64,000 nucleotides of DNA, taken from Thermodesulfobacteriota bacterium. Lineage in GTDB: Bacteria; Desulfobacterota_D; UBA1144. The position numbers and the translations under genes are program-made. Below the pieces are notes generated by a model. It worked only from the letters and a program-made list of their open reading frames with translations. It was not told where the DNA came from and did no database searches. Positions 50,991 through 60,604 of the stretch are shown piece after piece. Positions within the stretch are counted from its first letter, which is position 1; each line of letters begins with the position of its first letter. Location of the stretch: assembly GCA_029246845.1 (NCBI GenBank), contig JAQWMJ010000040.1, positions 10,763 to 74,762 of the forward strand. The letters are read 5' to 3'.

Positions 50991-52278
50991 CCTTAATTTT
51001 AGTTACCCTATTATTCTCTATTTTGAGTACTGTTAGCCTAATATTACCCCTTATTATACTTTCACCTTTTAAAGGTAACCTTCCAATATTAGTAAAAATA
51101 AATCCACCCACTGTCTCAATATCTAAATCCTCAGGAAGAAATGAATGCTCAATCTCAGAGCCTAAAGATTCAAGCCCACCTGGTCTCAAGGTTGCATATA
51201 AACAAGATGAATTAAAATCATTGATCCTTAGCCCACCGCTGACTTCAAGGATATTATTAATGTAGCTCATATTGCTACTGTCTGGTCCTCTTTCATATTC
51301 AATTTGGCCAAAGATTTCTTCTAATATATCCTCTAAAGTAACAATGCCCTCTAATCTTCCGTATTCATCAAGAACTATAGCTATATGAATTTTCTTAACT
51401 TGAAATTCTTGTAGTAATTCAAGAACATTTTTTTTATCTGGAACAAAATAAGGCTCATGTAATATGGAAGCAATGTCATCTGTCTTGTGGTTGAGTAAAT
51501 CTTTAGAGTGAAGAATTCCGATTACATTATCTGTATCACCCTTATATATTGGAATCCTTGATAATCTCCTCTTCTGTATCTCTACCAATGCCGAACTTTT
51601 ACTAATATCGTGTGGAAAAGTTAAGAGATCAGGCTCAGGTGTTAATATTTTAATTAAATTAATTTTTTGAAGGTTTAATAGATTATCTATAATTTTACTT
51701 TCGCTTTTTTTCACAGAACCCTCATCTTCCCCGATGTCAATAAGACTTGTAACCTTAGAATCACCATCCTGAATACTTCCAGATTCAACGACTAAGGGGC
51801 TTGTAAGATTTATTAAATACCTGGAGAGAGAGTTGAAAATAAAAGTGACAGGAAACATAACTTTGTTGATATAGTAAATAATAGGGGCAATAGCGATAGA
51901 AAGTCTCCTAGAGAATTTTACACCAATAGTCTTGGGTATAATTTCACAAAAGACTAAAATTAATATAGAAGTCACAAAGATAGCAATTATAGATATAAGC
52001 TCATCAGACAGTCTCCCATCTAAAGAGTTGTGTAATTTCGAAGAAATTAAACTAGTTATAGAAACATTGATTATTTCATCTAAAAGCAAAATCGTGGCAA
52101 TAATTGTTCCAGGATTGTTTATAAAAGTCTCTAGGAGTTTTCCTGAGGAAGATTTCTTTTTTATTAAGTTAACTTGGTATCTCTGAAGTGAAAAAATAGA
52201 GCTTTCTGTGATAGAAAAAAAAGCTGAAAGAAGTACTAGTAAAAAGATTATTAAAAAAAATAAATATTGATCATTCAT
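50971..52278 (-). CDS. HlyC/CorC-family transporter (DUF21 + CBS pair + CorC_HlyC transporter-associated domain)
   Basis: 435 aa. DUF21 TM domain. CBS pair (...KIHIAIVLDEYGRLEGIVTLEDILEEIFGQIEYE). C-terminal CorC_HlyC-like about 80 aa (IRLTVLKIENNRVTKIKVERV). Confidence 0.75.
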   Translation of the reverse strand: MNDQYLFFLIIFLLVLLSAFFSITESSIFSLQRYQVNLIKKKSSSGKLLETFINNPGTIIATILLLDEIINVSITSLISSKLHNSLDGRLSDELISIIAIFVTSILILVFCEIIPKTIGVKFSRRLSIAIAPIIYYINKVMFPVTFIFNSLSRYLINLTSPLVVESGSIQDGDSKVTSLIDIGEDEGSVKKSESKIIDNLLNLQKINLIKILTPEPDLLTFPHDISKSSALVEIQKRRLSRIPIYKGDTDNVIGILHSKDLLNHKTDDIASILHEPYFVPDKKNVLELLQEFQVKKIHIAIVLDEYGRLEGIVTLEDILEEIFGQIEYERGPDSSNMSYINNILEVSGGLRINDFNSSCLYATLRPGGLESLGSEIEHSFLPEDLDIETVGGFIFTNIGRLPLKGESIIRGNIRLTVLKIENNRVTKIKVERVEN

Positions 52279-53255
52279 TAGAATTTATGGACAAATCCCT
52301 GGGGCTTCAAATTACTAACCCTACCTCCTTTAATCAACGAAAGGCTTGCAGACGAATCAACAGAACCTATTCTAAAAACTTTAAATTTATTTCTCTTACA
52401 TAAATCTTCAAAGTGCCTAGCTCTTTTCTTTTTAATAGTAAATAATAATTCATAATCATCACCGCCATTCATAACGCTAGTGATTAATTTATTCTGGCTA
52501 ACTGGGGGTAATATACAATCTGTTTTAGGTATGTCTTCCCACGTTAGTTTAGCGCCCCTTCTTGAAGAAATTGGGCCTAAAAGTCTTCTTAAATCTAAAG
52601 ATAGTCCATCTGTAATATCAATCATTGAGGTTAGAAATTCTAGCTGGCCCAAGAATAATCCCATCTCAACTTTAGCTCGTGGAGATTTGTACTTAGATAT
52701 TATTAATTTTTCATTAAGAGTAAACCTTTTCTTTTCCTTTAGTAATTCCAAGCCCAAAGATGCATCACCAATATTTCCTGTTACATAAATCAAATCACCA
52801 ACTCTACTACCATTCCTTTCCTTAAATCTATCATTTAATACTTCACCAAAAACACTTACATCTAATGCAAGAGATTCGGACCTTGAAACATTCCCACCTA
52901 TAAGATTCACATCATAATACTTACATCCATTTCTAAAACCCTTGAACAATCTATCTATAAAAACTTTCGAAGTTTTTTTAGGTAAAAAAAGCGAGTTAGA
53001 GAAAAACCTAGGTTTTGCACCCATTGCACATAAATCACTTAAAGCTACGGATAAAGCCCTAAATGCTAGCTGTTCTGGGGTCAAAAATCTAAGATCAAAA
53101 TGAACACCTTCTACTTGGGAATCACAAGAGAAAACAATTTTATCAGATTTAATTTTAAATACAGCAGCATCATCGCCTATTCCGGTTGGAAAGGAGGCAG
53201 ACTTTAAAGGAAACTTTTTTTTAACTAGTTCTTCAATATAAAATTCATCAAGCAT
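52278..53255 (-). CDS. thiL: Thiamine-monophosphate kinase
   Basis: 325 aa. AIR-synthase-related fold with N-terminal GIGDDAAVF motif and the ...GGNVSRS..LALDVSVFG... region. 1-nt overlap with the CNNM gene. Confidence 0.8.
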   Translation of the reverse strand: MLDEFYIEELVKKKFPLKSASFPTGIGDDAAVFKIKSDKIVFSCDSQVEGVHFDLRFLTPEQLAFRALSVALSDLCAMGAKPRFFSNSLFLPKKTSKVFIDRLFKGFRNGCKYYDVNLIGGNVSRSESLALDVSVFGEVLNDRFKERNGSRVGDLIYVTGNIGDASLGLELLKEKKRFTLNEKLIISKYKSPRAKVEMGLFLGQLEFLTSMIDITDGLSLDLRRLLGPISSRRGAKLTWEDIPKTDCILPPVSQNKLITSVMNGGDDYELLFTIKKKRARHFEDLCKRNKFKVFRIGSVDSSASLSLIKGGRVSNLKPQGFVHKF

Positions 53256-53303
53256 TTTTAAGTGTTAGAAAATGATAAATCAATTTTAAAGTTATTCAAA
53301 TAG

Positions 53304-54422
53304 TTAATTTATATATAATGCTAACTTTTTAAAAAGCTCGTCTATAAATTCTTTCTTAGAATTAAATCCCATTATACCAAATCTCCACATGTAACCCTTA
53401 GTTGGACCCAAGCCGCCACCTATCTCAATATCATGATTAATTAACATTTTTGACCTTAGCTCTATATCATTAATTCCTTCTGGAATAATAACGGATTTCA
53501 GCATAGGAAGATCTTTAAATTTCTTTTGATTCACAAAAGGTTTAAGTCCTGCTTGATCCAGTAAGGCCAAAAAATATTTACTATTGGATTTATGTCTTTC
53601 AAATCTTTTTTCCAATCCTTCCTGTAAGCATATTGAAAGTCCTTCATTTAAAGCAAAAAGCATATTTACAGGAGCTGTATGGTGGTAAACTCTCTCCTCC
53701 CCCCAATAGTTAATCAGCATTTTTAGATCAAAATACCAGGAGCTATTCGAACTTTTCCTATTTTTAATCTTTAGCAGTGCTTTCTCGTTAAATGTTATTG
53801 GAGCTAGTCCAGGGGGAACACTTAGACATTTTTGACTCCCGGAAAAACAAGAATCGATTCCCCATTCATCTACTTTTAAACTTACCCCGGTTAACGAAGT
53901 TACAGCATCAACCAAAAAAATTATATCAGTGTTCTTTAGATGTTTTCCTATTAAGTCAATTTCTTGAAGCACTCCAGTAGATGTTTCAGCTTGAACAACG
54001 CTGACTAGTTTTAAATTGGGCATAGATTTAATCTTTTCTATAACTAATGATTGTTCAAAAGATTCTCCCCATTCGGCAGACATTGTTGAGACCCTTGCTT
54101 TAAGCCTATGTGCAAGATTCTCCATTCTACTTCCAAATTCACCATTCTTTAAAATCAGAACTTCGTCATTTTCTTCAATTAAGTTTGTCATTGCCATCTC
54201 CATACCTGAACTACCTGTCCCGGATACAGCAAAAGTGACCTTGTTGTTTGTTTGAAAAACACTTCTCAAAGAAGAAGATATGCTATCTAGAATTGAAAAA
54301 AAGTCTGGATCTAGGTGACTCAAAGGCTCCTTGGATAAAGCCAATTTTATTCTTCTGTCGATATTTGTAGGGCCAGGGCCCATTAAAAGTTTGCCATCAA
54401 TTGTTTTTATATTATTTTTCAT
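53304..54422 (-). CDS. Class-V aminotransferase (alanine--glyoxylate / serine--pyruvate aminotransferase family)
   Basis: 372 aa. LLMGPGPT N-terminus. SGTGSSGMEMAMTNL. PLP-Lys context SGSQKCLSVPPG. Typical AGXT/SPT length. Confidence 0.8.
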   Translation of the reverse strand: MKNNIKTIDGKLLMGPGPTNIDRRIKLALSKEPLSHLDPDFFSILDSISSSLRSVFQTNNKVTFAVSGTGSSGMEMAMTNLIEENDEVLILKNGEFGSRMENLAHRLKARVSTMSAEWGESFEQSLVIEKIKSMPNLKLVSVVQAETSTGVLQEIDLIGKHLKNTDIIFLVDAVTSLTGVSLKVDEWGIDSCFSGSQKCLSVPPGLAPITFNEKALLKIKNRKSSNSSWYFDLKMLINYWGEERVYHHTAPVNMLFALNEGLSICLQEGLEKRFERHKSNSKYFLALLDQAGLKPFVNQKKFKDLPMLKSVIIPEGINDIELRSKMLINHDIEIGGGLGPTKGYMWRFGIMGFNSKKEFIDELFKKLALYIN

Positions 54423-54467
54423 AATAGAATTATAATAAATTTTTATAACTGTTGGTATAATAATGAT

Positions 54468-55157
54468 ATGAAAACTCTTTTTTTAGATTTTGATGAAGAT
54501 AAGATTATTGCTTCGCTACCCGAGAGACTTCCTTTATTCCCACTTGATAACGTAGTCTTTTTTCCAAGCACGATACTGCCTCTTCATATTTTCGAGGAGA
54601 GATATAAGCAAATGATTCAAGATTCATCTGATAGTCACAACCTAATTTGTATGACATTACTTAATTCCGAAATGGGTCAAGAAGATCCTGAATCACTTGC
54701 GAACACTGGCTGTATTGGTAGGATAATAAACAATGAAGAATCTGATGATGGGAAGAAGAATATAATACTTTATGGATTAAAAAGAATAGAGATCACAAAA
54801 GTTTTGTATGATAAGCCCTACAGAGAAGTCGAGATTAAAATAATAGAAACCTCTAGCTCAGATAACTCTGAGGCATTTAAGAAGAGGATTATTGATCTAA
54901 CTAATAAGTGGAACTTGTTGTTGGATGGATATACAGATGACTATAAAATTAAGATTGAGAATAGCTCTACACTTTCAAAAATTACAGACTCTCTTTCTTC
55001 CTCTATGGTTGCGAAAGCCTCAGATAGACAATTACTTCTCGAGGAATTTGATGAAAAAATAAGAGCTGAAAAGATTATTGAGGTTTTAGAATCAAGAATA
55101 GAAATCCTATCTGGGAAAATAGAAACTCCAGACAGTAATTCAACTCTTATCAATTAG
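54468..55157 (+). CDS. Stand-alone LON N-terminal (substrate-binding) domain protein
   Basis: 229 aa. LPLFPLDNVVFFPSTILPLHIFEERYKQMI is the hallmark Lon-N motif. No AAA+ or protease domains follow. Confidence 0.65.
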   Translation: MKTLFLDFDEDKIIASLPERLPLFPLDNVVFFPSTILPLHIFEERYKQMIQDSSDSHNLICMTLLNSEMGQEDPESLANTGCIGRIINNEESDDGKKNIILYGLKRIEITKVLYDKPYREVEIKIIETSSSDNSEAFKKRIIDLTNKWNLLLDGYTDDYKIKIENSSTLSKITDSLSSSMVAKASDRQLLLEEFDEKIRAEKIIEVLESRIEILSGKIETPDSNSTLIN

Positions 55158-55784
55158 AAATGCATATACTTCGGGATTAACTAATGCTTTATTTTCTTTC
55201 CAGAACCCATGCCCACCTGGAAAAGAAATAACTTGATTATTAGTTAGATATCTAGACATTTCACAGGACTTTTCTGCGGGCACAATTAAATCATCCTTGC
55301 CGTATATTATCAAAGTATCTGACTTAATTTTTAAAAGATAATCATTGTTGTCCAATTTACTTATTGCCTTACACTGATTCAAGTATCCTTCTATTTCTTT
55401 TTTTGAGTCACTAAACTTTGTTTTCTTATATTTCGAGAAATTTGCTTTAATGTAATCTCTAGAATATCCCAGAAGCATAGCATTAAACCAAATCTCTTTC
55501 ATTCCTACTTTGGAAACTATTTTTTGAGATATATCAATTATCTCTTGGTTTATTCTATCTCTAGAGGAGCAAGTACATGCTAAAACAAGCTTCTTAACTT
55601 TTTTACCATATTTTGCAGCAAAGACTTGGGCTATCATGCCGCCCATAGACTTCCCAACAACATGTGCATTTTCTATTTTTAGCTGCTCAAGGATTTCAAA
55701 GCAATTATCTGCATATATTTCCATAGTTAAAGGTTTGCCAACATTGCTGCTTTTACCAGATCCCAAATTGTCAAAAGCAATCAT
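55140..55784 (-). CDS. Alpha/beta-fold hydrolase; the ATG-defined ORF is N-terminally incomplete
   Basis: 214 aa from the only in-frame ATG. Nucleophile elbow VVGKSMGGMIA (GxSxG). In-frame upstream codons (55785-55949, no stop) encode the expected N-terminal core ...KPYIFFIGGLGSTISSWDDQFEYFKNSFS-MIAFDNLGSGKSS..., but no ATG/GTG/TTG is available. Confidence 0.6.
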   Translation of the reverse strand: MIAFDNLGSGKSSNVGKPLTMEIYADNCFEILEQLKIENAHVVGKSMGGMIAQVFAAKYGKKVKKLVLACTCSSRDRINQEIIDISQKIVSKVGMKEIWFNAMLLGYSRDYIKANFSKYKKTKFSDSKKEIEGYLNQCKAISKLDNNDYLLKIKSDTLIIYGKDDLIVPAEKSCEMSRYLTNNQVISFPGGHGFWKENKALVNPEVYAFLIDKS

Positions 55785-55927
55785 TGAGAAAGAATTTTTA
55801 AAGTATTCAAACTGATCGTCCCAGCTTGATATAGTACTACCAAGACCTCCAATAAAAAAAATATAAGGCTTTCTCGGTTTATGCTTTACAACATAATTAA
55901 TTTTCCCTAGTTTTGTATTGAGAATAT

Positions 55928-56335
55928 TTATCCTACACTCCTCAAATAGTTATCAATAATAAGACAAGCCGCCAACATATCCTGAAAGCTTTTTCTTTTT
56001 TTCCTTGAAACATTCATTTTAATTAATATCTCATCTGCTTCTTTAGAGGTAAAATTTTCATTCCAATATTTAACTTCAATATTAATTAAATTCTTTAATT
56101 TTTTAGTAAAATTTTCTATGTCTGTTTGAATCTTCAGCCTACCATCGTCTTTAATTGGCAAACCAACTAAAACTAGCTCGGGAGTTCTTTCGTTTATTAT
56201 TGAAACAATTTCTTTAAGGTATTCTTCTTTGCTATCATTAAAGACAAGCTTTATTGGATGGCTGGCAATTCCTAAATCATCACTACCTGCAACACCAATT
56301 CTCTTTAATCCAAAATCAATTGCTAAAACGCCCAT
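55928..56335 (-). CDS. ruvX: Holliday junction resolvase-like nuclease RuvX/YqgF (pre-16S rRNA processing)
   Basis: 135 aa. MGVLAIDFGLKRIGVAGSDD. ...LVLVGLP....G (RNase H-like fold with conserved Asp/Glu positions). Length is typical. Confidence 0.85.
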   Translation of the reverse strand: MGVLAIDFGLKRIGVAGSDDLGIASHPIKLVFNDSKEEYLKEIVSIINERTPELVLVGLPIKDDGRLKIQTDIENFTKKLKNLINIEVKYWNENFTSKEADEILIKMNVSRKKRKSFQDMLAACLIIDNYLRSVG

Positions 56336-56365
56336 TTTTATAATCTATCATATAGTATTAAGAAT

Positions 56366-56914
56366 ATGGCTAATATTTTTTTTTATACCCTTACTGACAA
56401 TATCTTTAATATTCTTCATATTCTTGCAATATTAATGAATTGTTTTGGCTGGGCTTTCAGTAAAACCCTTAAATTGAACCTGTGGTTTTTACTTTTAACT
56501 ATTTCAAGCTGGTCTATCTTGGGATTATTCTTTGGTATAGGCTTTTGCTTTTTGACCGAGGTTCATTCTTTAGCTTTGGGTTTAATAGGAAGCCCAAGTA
56601 TTAACTTTTCATATTTAGACTATTTATTACTCGTTAAATTAAAAATTCCCATCTCCTCTAATGCAATATCTATATTAAGCATTTTAGCTGTATTTACATC
56701 TCTAGGAATATCAATTAAAAAAAATCTGATCCCAGTAAGTAGCAAATTTACTCTGCTTTTATTGATTTGTTGCTTGGGCTGGATTCTTATAATTTACTTC
56801 AAAGGAATTGGCTTCATTCATCGTTGGGATAATATTTATATTTCATCAATATTGATTGCTTCATATACTCTAATTGGAAACATTTTTTTTCGCTTTATAC
56901 GAAAAGATTTCTAA
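56366..56914 (+). CDS. Hypothetical polytopic membrane protein (DUF2784-like, contains a CxLTE motif)
   Basis: 182 aa, 5-6 predicted TM helices. GFCFLTEVHSL resembles the CPLTxLE motif I associate with DUF2784 small membrane proteins. Divergent from ruvX, 33 nt upstream of gltX. Confidence 0.35.
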   Translation: MANIFFYTLTDNIFNILHILAILMNCFGWAFSKTLKLNLWFLLLTISSWSILGLFFGIGFCFLTEVHSLALGLIGSPSINFSYLDYLLLVKLKIPISSNAISILSILAVFTSLGISIKKNLIPVSSKFTLLLLICCLGWILIIYFKGIGFIHRWDNIYISSILIASYTLIGNIFFRFIRKDF

Positions 56915-56947
56915 AGTAACGAACCTAATATACTATATATTAAAGTT

Positions 56948-58315
56948 ATGGATATAATTACAAGATTCGCACCAAGTCCTACAGGTTCTCTTCATCTGGG
57001 GGCAGTTAGAACTGCCATTTTTAATTTTCTTTTTACAAAAAAAAATAAAGGTAAATTCATCCTTAGAATTGAAGACACTGACCAAGAAAGATCATCTAAT
57101 GATTCGTTAGATGAAATTCTCAAATCTCTTAATTGGCTAGGAGTGGATTATGATGATGGACCTTATATTCAGTCTAATAGATTGGCTGTATATAAAGAAA
57201 TTGCACAAGACCTAGTTGATAAAAATCTTGCATATAAATGCTTTATGAAGAATCAAGAGATTGAAGAGTTAAAGAACCAGGCTGCAAAAGAAAAAAAGAT
57301 ATATAGATATCCTAGAACATGGAGAGATAGAACTGATCATCCAGATAATGATGAATATGTAATAAGATTTAAAACTCCAGATAATCAGAATATCGAATTT
57401 ATCGATACATTAAGAGGGATAATTAGTATTAATTCCAATAATCTTGATGATTTTATAATATTAAGAAGTGATGGATACCCTACATATAATTTTTCAACTG
57501 TAATAGATGATGCAGAAATGGGCATAACTAATGTTATTAGAGGTGAAGACCACCTGTCCAATACATCAAAACAAACTCTGATTTTTAAGTCATTAGACAA
57601 GGAGCCTCCGCTGTTTACTCATGTTTCAATGATATTAGGAAAAGATAAAACAAAACTAAGCAAGAGGAATGGATCAAAGTCTATTGAGGATTTTAAAGAT
57701 GAAGGGATATTGCCAATAGCAATCTTAAATTATTTAGCACGTTTAGGATGGTCACATGGCGATCAGGAAATCTTTACCTTAGATGAGATGATTAATTTGT
57801 TTGACATAAGTAATCTCACTAAATCTCCCGCCATATTTGATGAGAATAAGTTGAAATGGGTAAATGCTCAACACTTAAAAAGACTAAGTAACGACGATGT
57901 ACTAAAAATTATTGAAATAGATTTCTATAAAGGAATCAATGTAGAACTAGCCTTGAGTGCTGCTAAAGAAAAGGTAAAAGACACTATAACACTCAATCAA
58001 TCATTAAAATTTTGTGAATCAGAACTAATAAATATAAGTGATGAGTATAAAGAAGACCTTAAGGCAGAAGGCACTAAGGAACTAATTGAAGCATTTCATA
58101 CTGATGCTTTAAATTTAAATTCTTTTGACATAAACGAAATAAAGAAATGCATGGATAATTTTCTTGAAAAAAGAAACCTAAAAATGAAGCAAGTTGCTTT
58201 ACCGCTAAGAATTATTCTCACGGGATCTAAAGTTTCACCGGGTATTTTTGAAGTAATTTGCATATTAGGTAAAGAAATTTTTTCAAAAAGAATTAGGTAT
58301 TATCTAGAATCATGA
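56948..58315 (+). CDS. gltX: Glutamate--tRNA ligase
   Basis: 455 aa. IITRFAPSPTGSLHLGAVRTAI (HIGH region). KLSKRNG (KMSKS). Class-I catalytic core then anticodon-binding domain. 4-nt overlap with coaE. Confidence 0.9.
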   Translation: MDIITRFAPSPTGSLHLGAVRTAIFNFLFTKKNKGKFILRIEDTDQERSSNDSLDEILKSLNWLGVDYDDGPYIQSNRLAVYKEIAQDLVDKNLAYKCFMKNQEIEELKNQAAKEKKIYRYPRTWRDRTDHPDNDEYVIRFKTPDNQNIEFIDTLRGIISINSNNLDDFIILRSDGYPTYNFSTVIDDAEMGITNVIRGEDHLSNTSKQTLIFKSLDKEPPLFTHVSMILGKDKTKLSKRNGSKSIEDFKDEGILPIAILNYLARLGWSHGDQEIFTLDEMINLFDISNLTKSPAIFDENKLKWVNAQHLKRLSNDDVLKIIEIDFYKGINVELALSAAKEKVKDTITLNQSLKFCESELINISDEYKEDLKAEGTKELIEAFHTDALNLNSFDINEIKKCMDNFLEKRNLKMKQVALPLRIILTGSKVSPGIFEVICILGKEIFSKRIRYYLES

Positions 58316-58923
58316 AGAGGCAAACTTTAACTACTGTTGGAATTACTGGACTTATGGGATCTGGGAAATCAACTGCGCTTAATTTTTACAAAGGAAAAGG
58401 AATCCAAACCTACGACTTAGATATTGAAGCAAAAAAGCTACTAAAAAAAGATACGAGATGTTATCAGCAAATTATTAAAATTTTTGGAAATGAAATATTA
58501 AATGCCAATCAAACAATTAACAGAAAAAGACTAAGAAGAATTGTATTTAATAACAAAAAGCGGAGGGAAATATTAAACTCTATAGTTCACCCAGAATTAG
58601 GAAATCAAATCTCCACACTTTGTAATAAGCTAGAAAAAAGAGGTGAGAAAATAATATTCCTTGAAGGTGCCTTAATTACTAAACAAAGTAAGATTGGATC
58701 CTCGCTAAATTATATTATATATATTGATGCCCCAAAAAAGGTATTGAACTTAAGAATTCTAAAAAGAGATGGTATTGAAGCAAAAGAGGCAGAAAAGCTA
58801 TTATTAATGCAAAAAATAATAGAAAAAAATCGTAAATATGCCGATTTTACAATAAGAAACAACTCCAGTGTAAAAGAATTTAATTACCAATTAAATTTGG
58901 TACTGGATAAATTGGTCTATTAG
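58312..58923 (+). CDS. coaE: Dephospho-CoA kinase
   Basis: 203 aa. P-loop VGITGLMGSGKST at the N-terminus. Typical CoaE length. Confidence 0.85.
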   Translation: MKRQTLTTVGITGLMGSGKSTALNFYKGKGIQTYDLDIEAKKLLKKDTRCYQQIIKIFGNEILNANQTINRKRLRRIVFNNKKRREILNSIVHPELGNQISTLCNKLEKRGEKIIFLEGALITKQSKIGSSLNYIIYIDAPKKVLNLRILKRDGIEAKEAEKLLLMQKIIEKNRKYADFTIRNNSSVKEFNYQLNLVLDKLVY

Positions 58924-59019
58924 ATTATATTTTATTACTTAATTACTAAATTTTTTATTAATAAGATTTGAAATATTTATATTAATTAAGTAGGCAATAT
59001 TATTTTCGTGAGGTTTTAA

Positions 59020-60582
59020 ATGAGCATTGATCAAACAATGGACCAAAAAATCAAATTTCTTGAAGAAAAGATTGCTTCAGCCGAGGAAGCAGGTGGGAAA
59101 GATCGGGTCGACAAGCAACATGGTAGAGGAAAGCTAACCGCCAGAGAAAGAATAGACTTCATGTTAGATAATGACTCCTTCGTGGAACTTGATAAGTTTG
59201 TTGAACACCAAAATCACAATTTTGGTATGGAAAAAACAAAGTTTTTAGGTGATGGTGTTATTACAGGATATGGAAAGATAGACGGCAGGCAAGTTTTTGT
59301 TTATGCACAAGATTTTACAATCTTTGGTGGAGCACTTGGACTAGCTCATGCAAGAAAAATAACAAAGATAATGGATATGGCTGTCCAGGTTGGATGTCCT
59401 GTGATTGGACTAAGTGACTCGGGTGGAGCAAGGATTCAAGAAGGTGTCCGTGGGCTTGCGGGATATGCCGAGATATTTCTAAGAAATGTGCAAGCATCTG
59501 GTGTTGTTCCTCAACTTTCAGCAATAATGGGACCTAGTGCGGGTGGTGCAGTTTATTCACCAGCTATGACTGATTTTATAGCAATGGTAAAAAATACAAG
59601 CTATATGTTTATAACTGGACCCGATGTAGTTAAATCAGTTACAAACGAAGAAGTAACACAAGAAGAGCTTGGTGGTGCAGAAATGCACTCAAGTCAGAGT
59701 GGTGTAGCTCAGTTTGCTGCCGAAAACGATGAAGATTGCCTTAAATTATTAAGAGAATTATTCACCTTCTTGCCCCTTAACAATATGGAAGATCCTCCTG
59801 TGCTGAAAAATGATGACCCTATAAACAGAAAAACAGATAAATTAAGAGATATTGTACCGACCAACCCTAACAAACCTTATGATATCAAAGAAGTCATTAG
59901 TACAATCGTTGATAATGAGTATTTCTTTGAAGTTGCCGAAAATTATGCACCAAATATAGTAGTGGGGTTTGCTAGATTAAATGGAAAGACTGTTGGTGTA
60001 GTTGGAAATCAACCTAATGTCTTAGCAGGAGTTTTGGATATTAAATCTTCTATAAAAGGTGCAAGATTCGTGAGATTCTGCGATTGCTTCAATATTCCTT
60101 TGCTAACACTAGTAGACGTCCCTGGATTTCTTCCTGGGGTAGATCAAGAATTAAATGGGATTATTCTTCATGGTGCCAAGCTACTTTACGCTTACTGTGA
60201 AGCCACTGTTCCAAGAGTCACTGTGATTACAAGGAAAGCATATGGGGGAGCATACGATGTTATGTCATCCAAACATTTAAGAGGAGATATTAACTTAGCG
60301 TTTCCAACCGCGGAGATTGCAGTTATGGGACCTGATGGGGCAGTAAACATTGTAAACAGAAAAGAAATACAGAATGCAGATGACCCTGTGGCAGAAAAAG
60401 CAAAACTTGTCGAAGAATATAAAGAGCTTTTTGCAAATCCATACAGAGCAGCAAACTTGGGTTATATAGATGAAGTATTAAAGCCTGAGGATACTAGAAT
60501 AAGAGTTATTAGATCTTTTGAAATGCTCGAAGGTAAAAGACAAAATAATCCACCAAAAAAACATGGGCTAATTCCTTTATAG
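59020..60582 (+). CDS. Acyl-CoA carboxylase carboxyltransferase subunit (propionyl-CoA carboxylase beta / methylmalonyl-CoA carboxyltransferase 12S family)
   Basis: 520 aa. Duplicated crotonase-fold CT domains. ...GGARIQEG... and ...[12 protein letters not shown]... signature blocks of PccB/AccD5-type CT. Followed 22 nt later by the BC gene. Confidence 0.9.
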   Translation: MSIDQTMDQKIKFLEEKIASAEEAGGKDRVDKQHGRGKLTARERIDFMLDNDSFVELDKFVEHQNHNFGMEKTKFLGDGVITGYGKIDGRQVFVYAQDFTIFGGALGLAHARKITKIMDMAVQVGCPVIGLSDSGGARIQEGVRGLAGYAEIFLRNVQASGVVPQLSAIMGPSAGGAVYSPAMTDFIAMVKNTSYMFITGPDVVKSVTNEEVTQEELGGAEMHSSQSGVAQFAAENDEDCLKLLRELFTFLPLNNMEDPPVLKNDDPINRKTDKLRDIVPTNPNKPYDIKEVISTIVDNEYFFEVAENYAPNIVVGFARLNGKTVGVVGNQPNVLAGVLDIKSSIKGARFVRFCDCFNIPLLTLVDVPGFLPGVDQELNGIILHGAKLLYAYCEATVPRVTVITRKAYGGAYDVMSSKHLRGDINLAFPTAEIAVMGPDGAVNIVNRKEIQNADDPVAEKAKLVEEYKELFANPYRAANLGYIDEVLKPEDTRIRVIRSFEMLEGKRQNNPPKKHGLIPL

Positions 60583-60604
60583 GTTTTCTCTGGAGATTAA
60601 TTTT

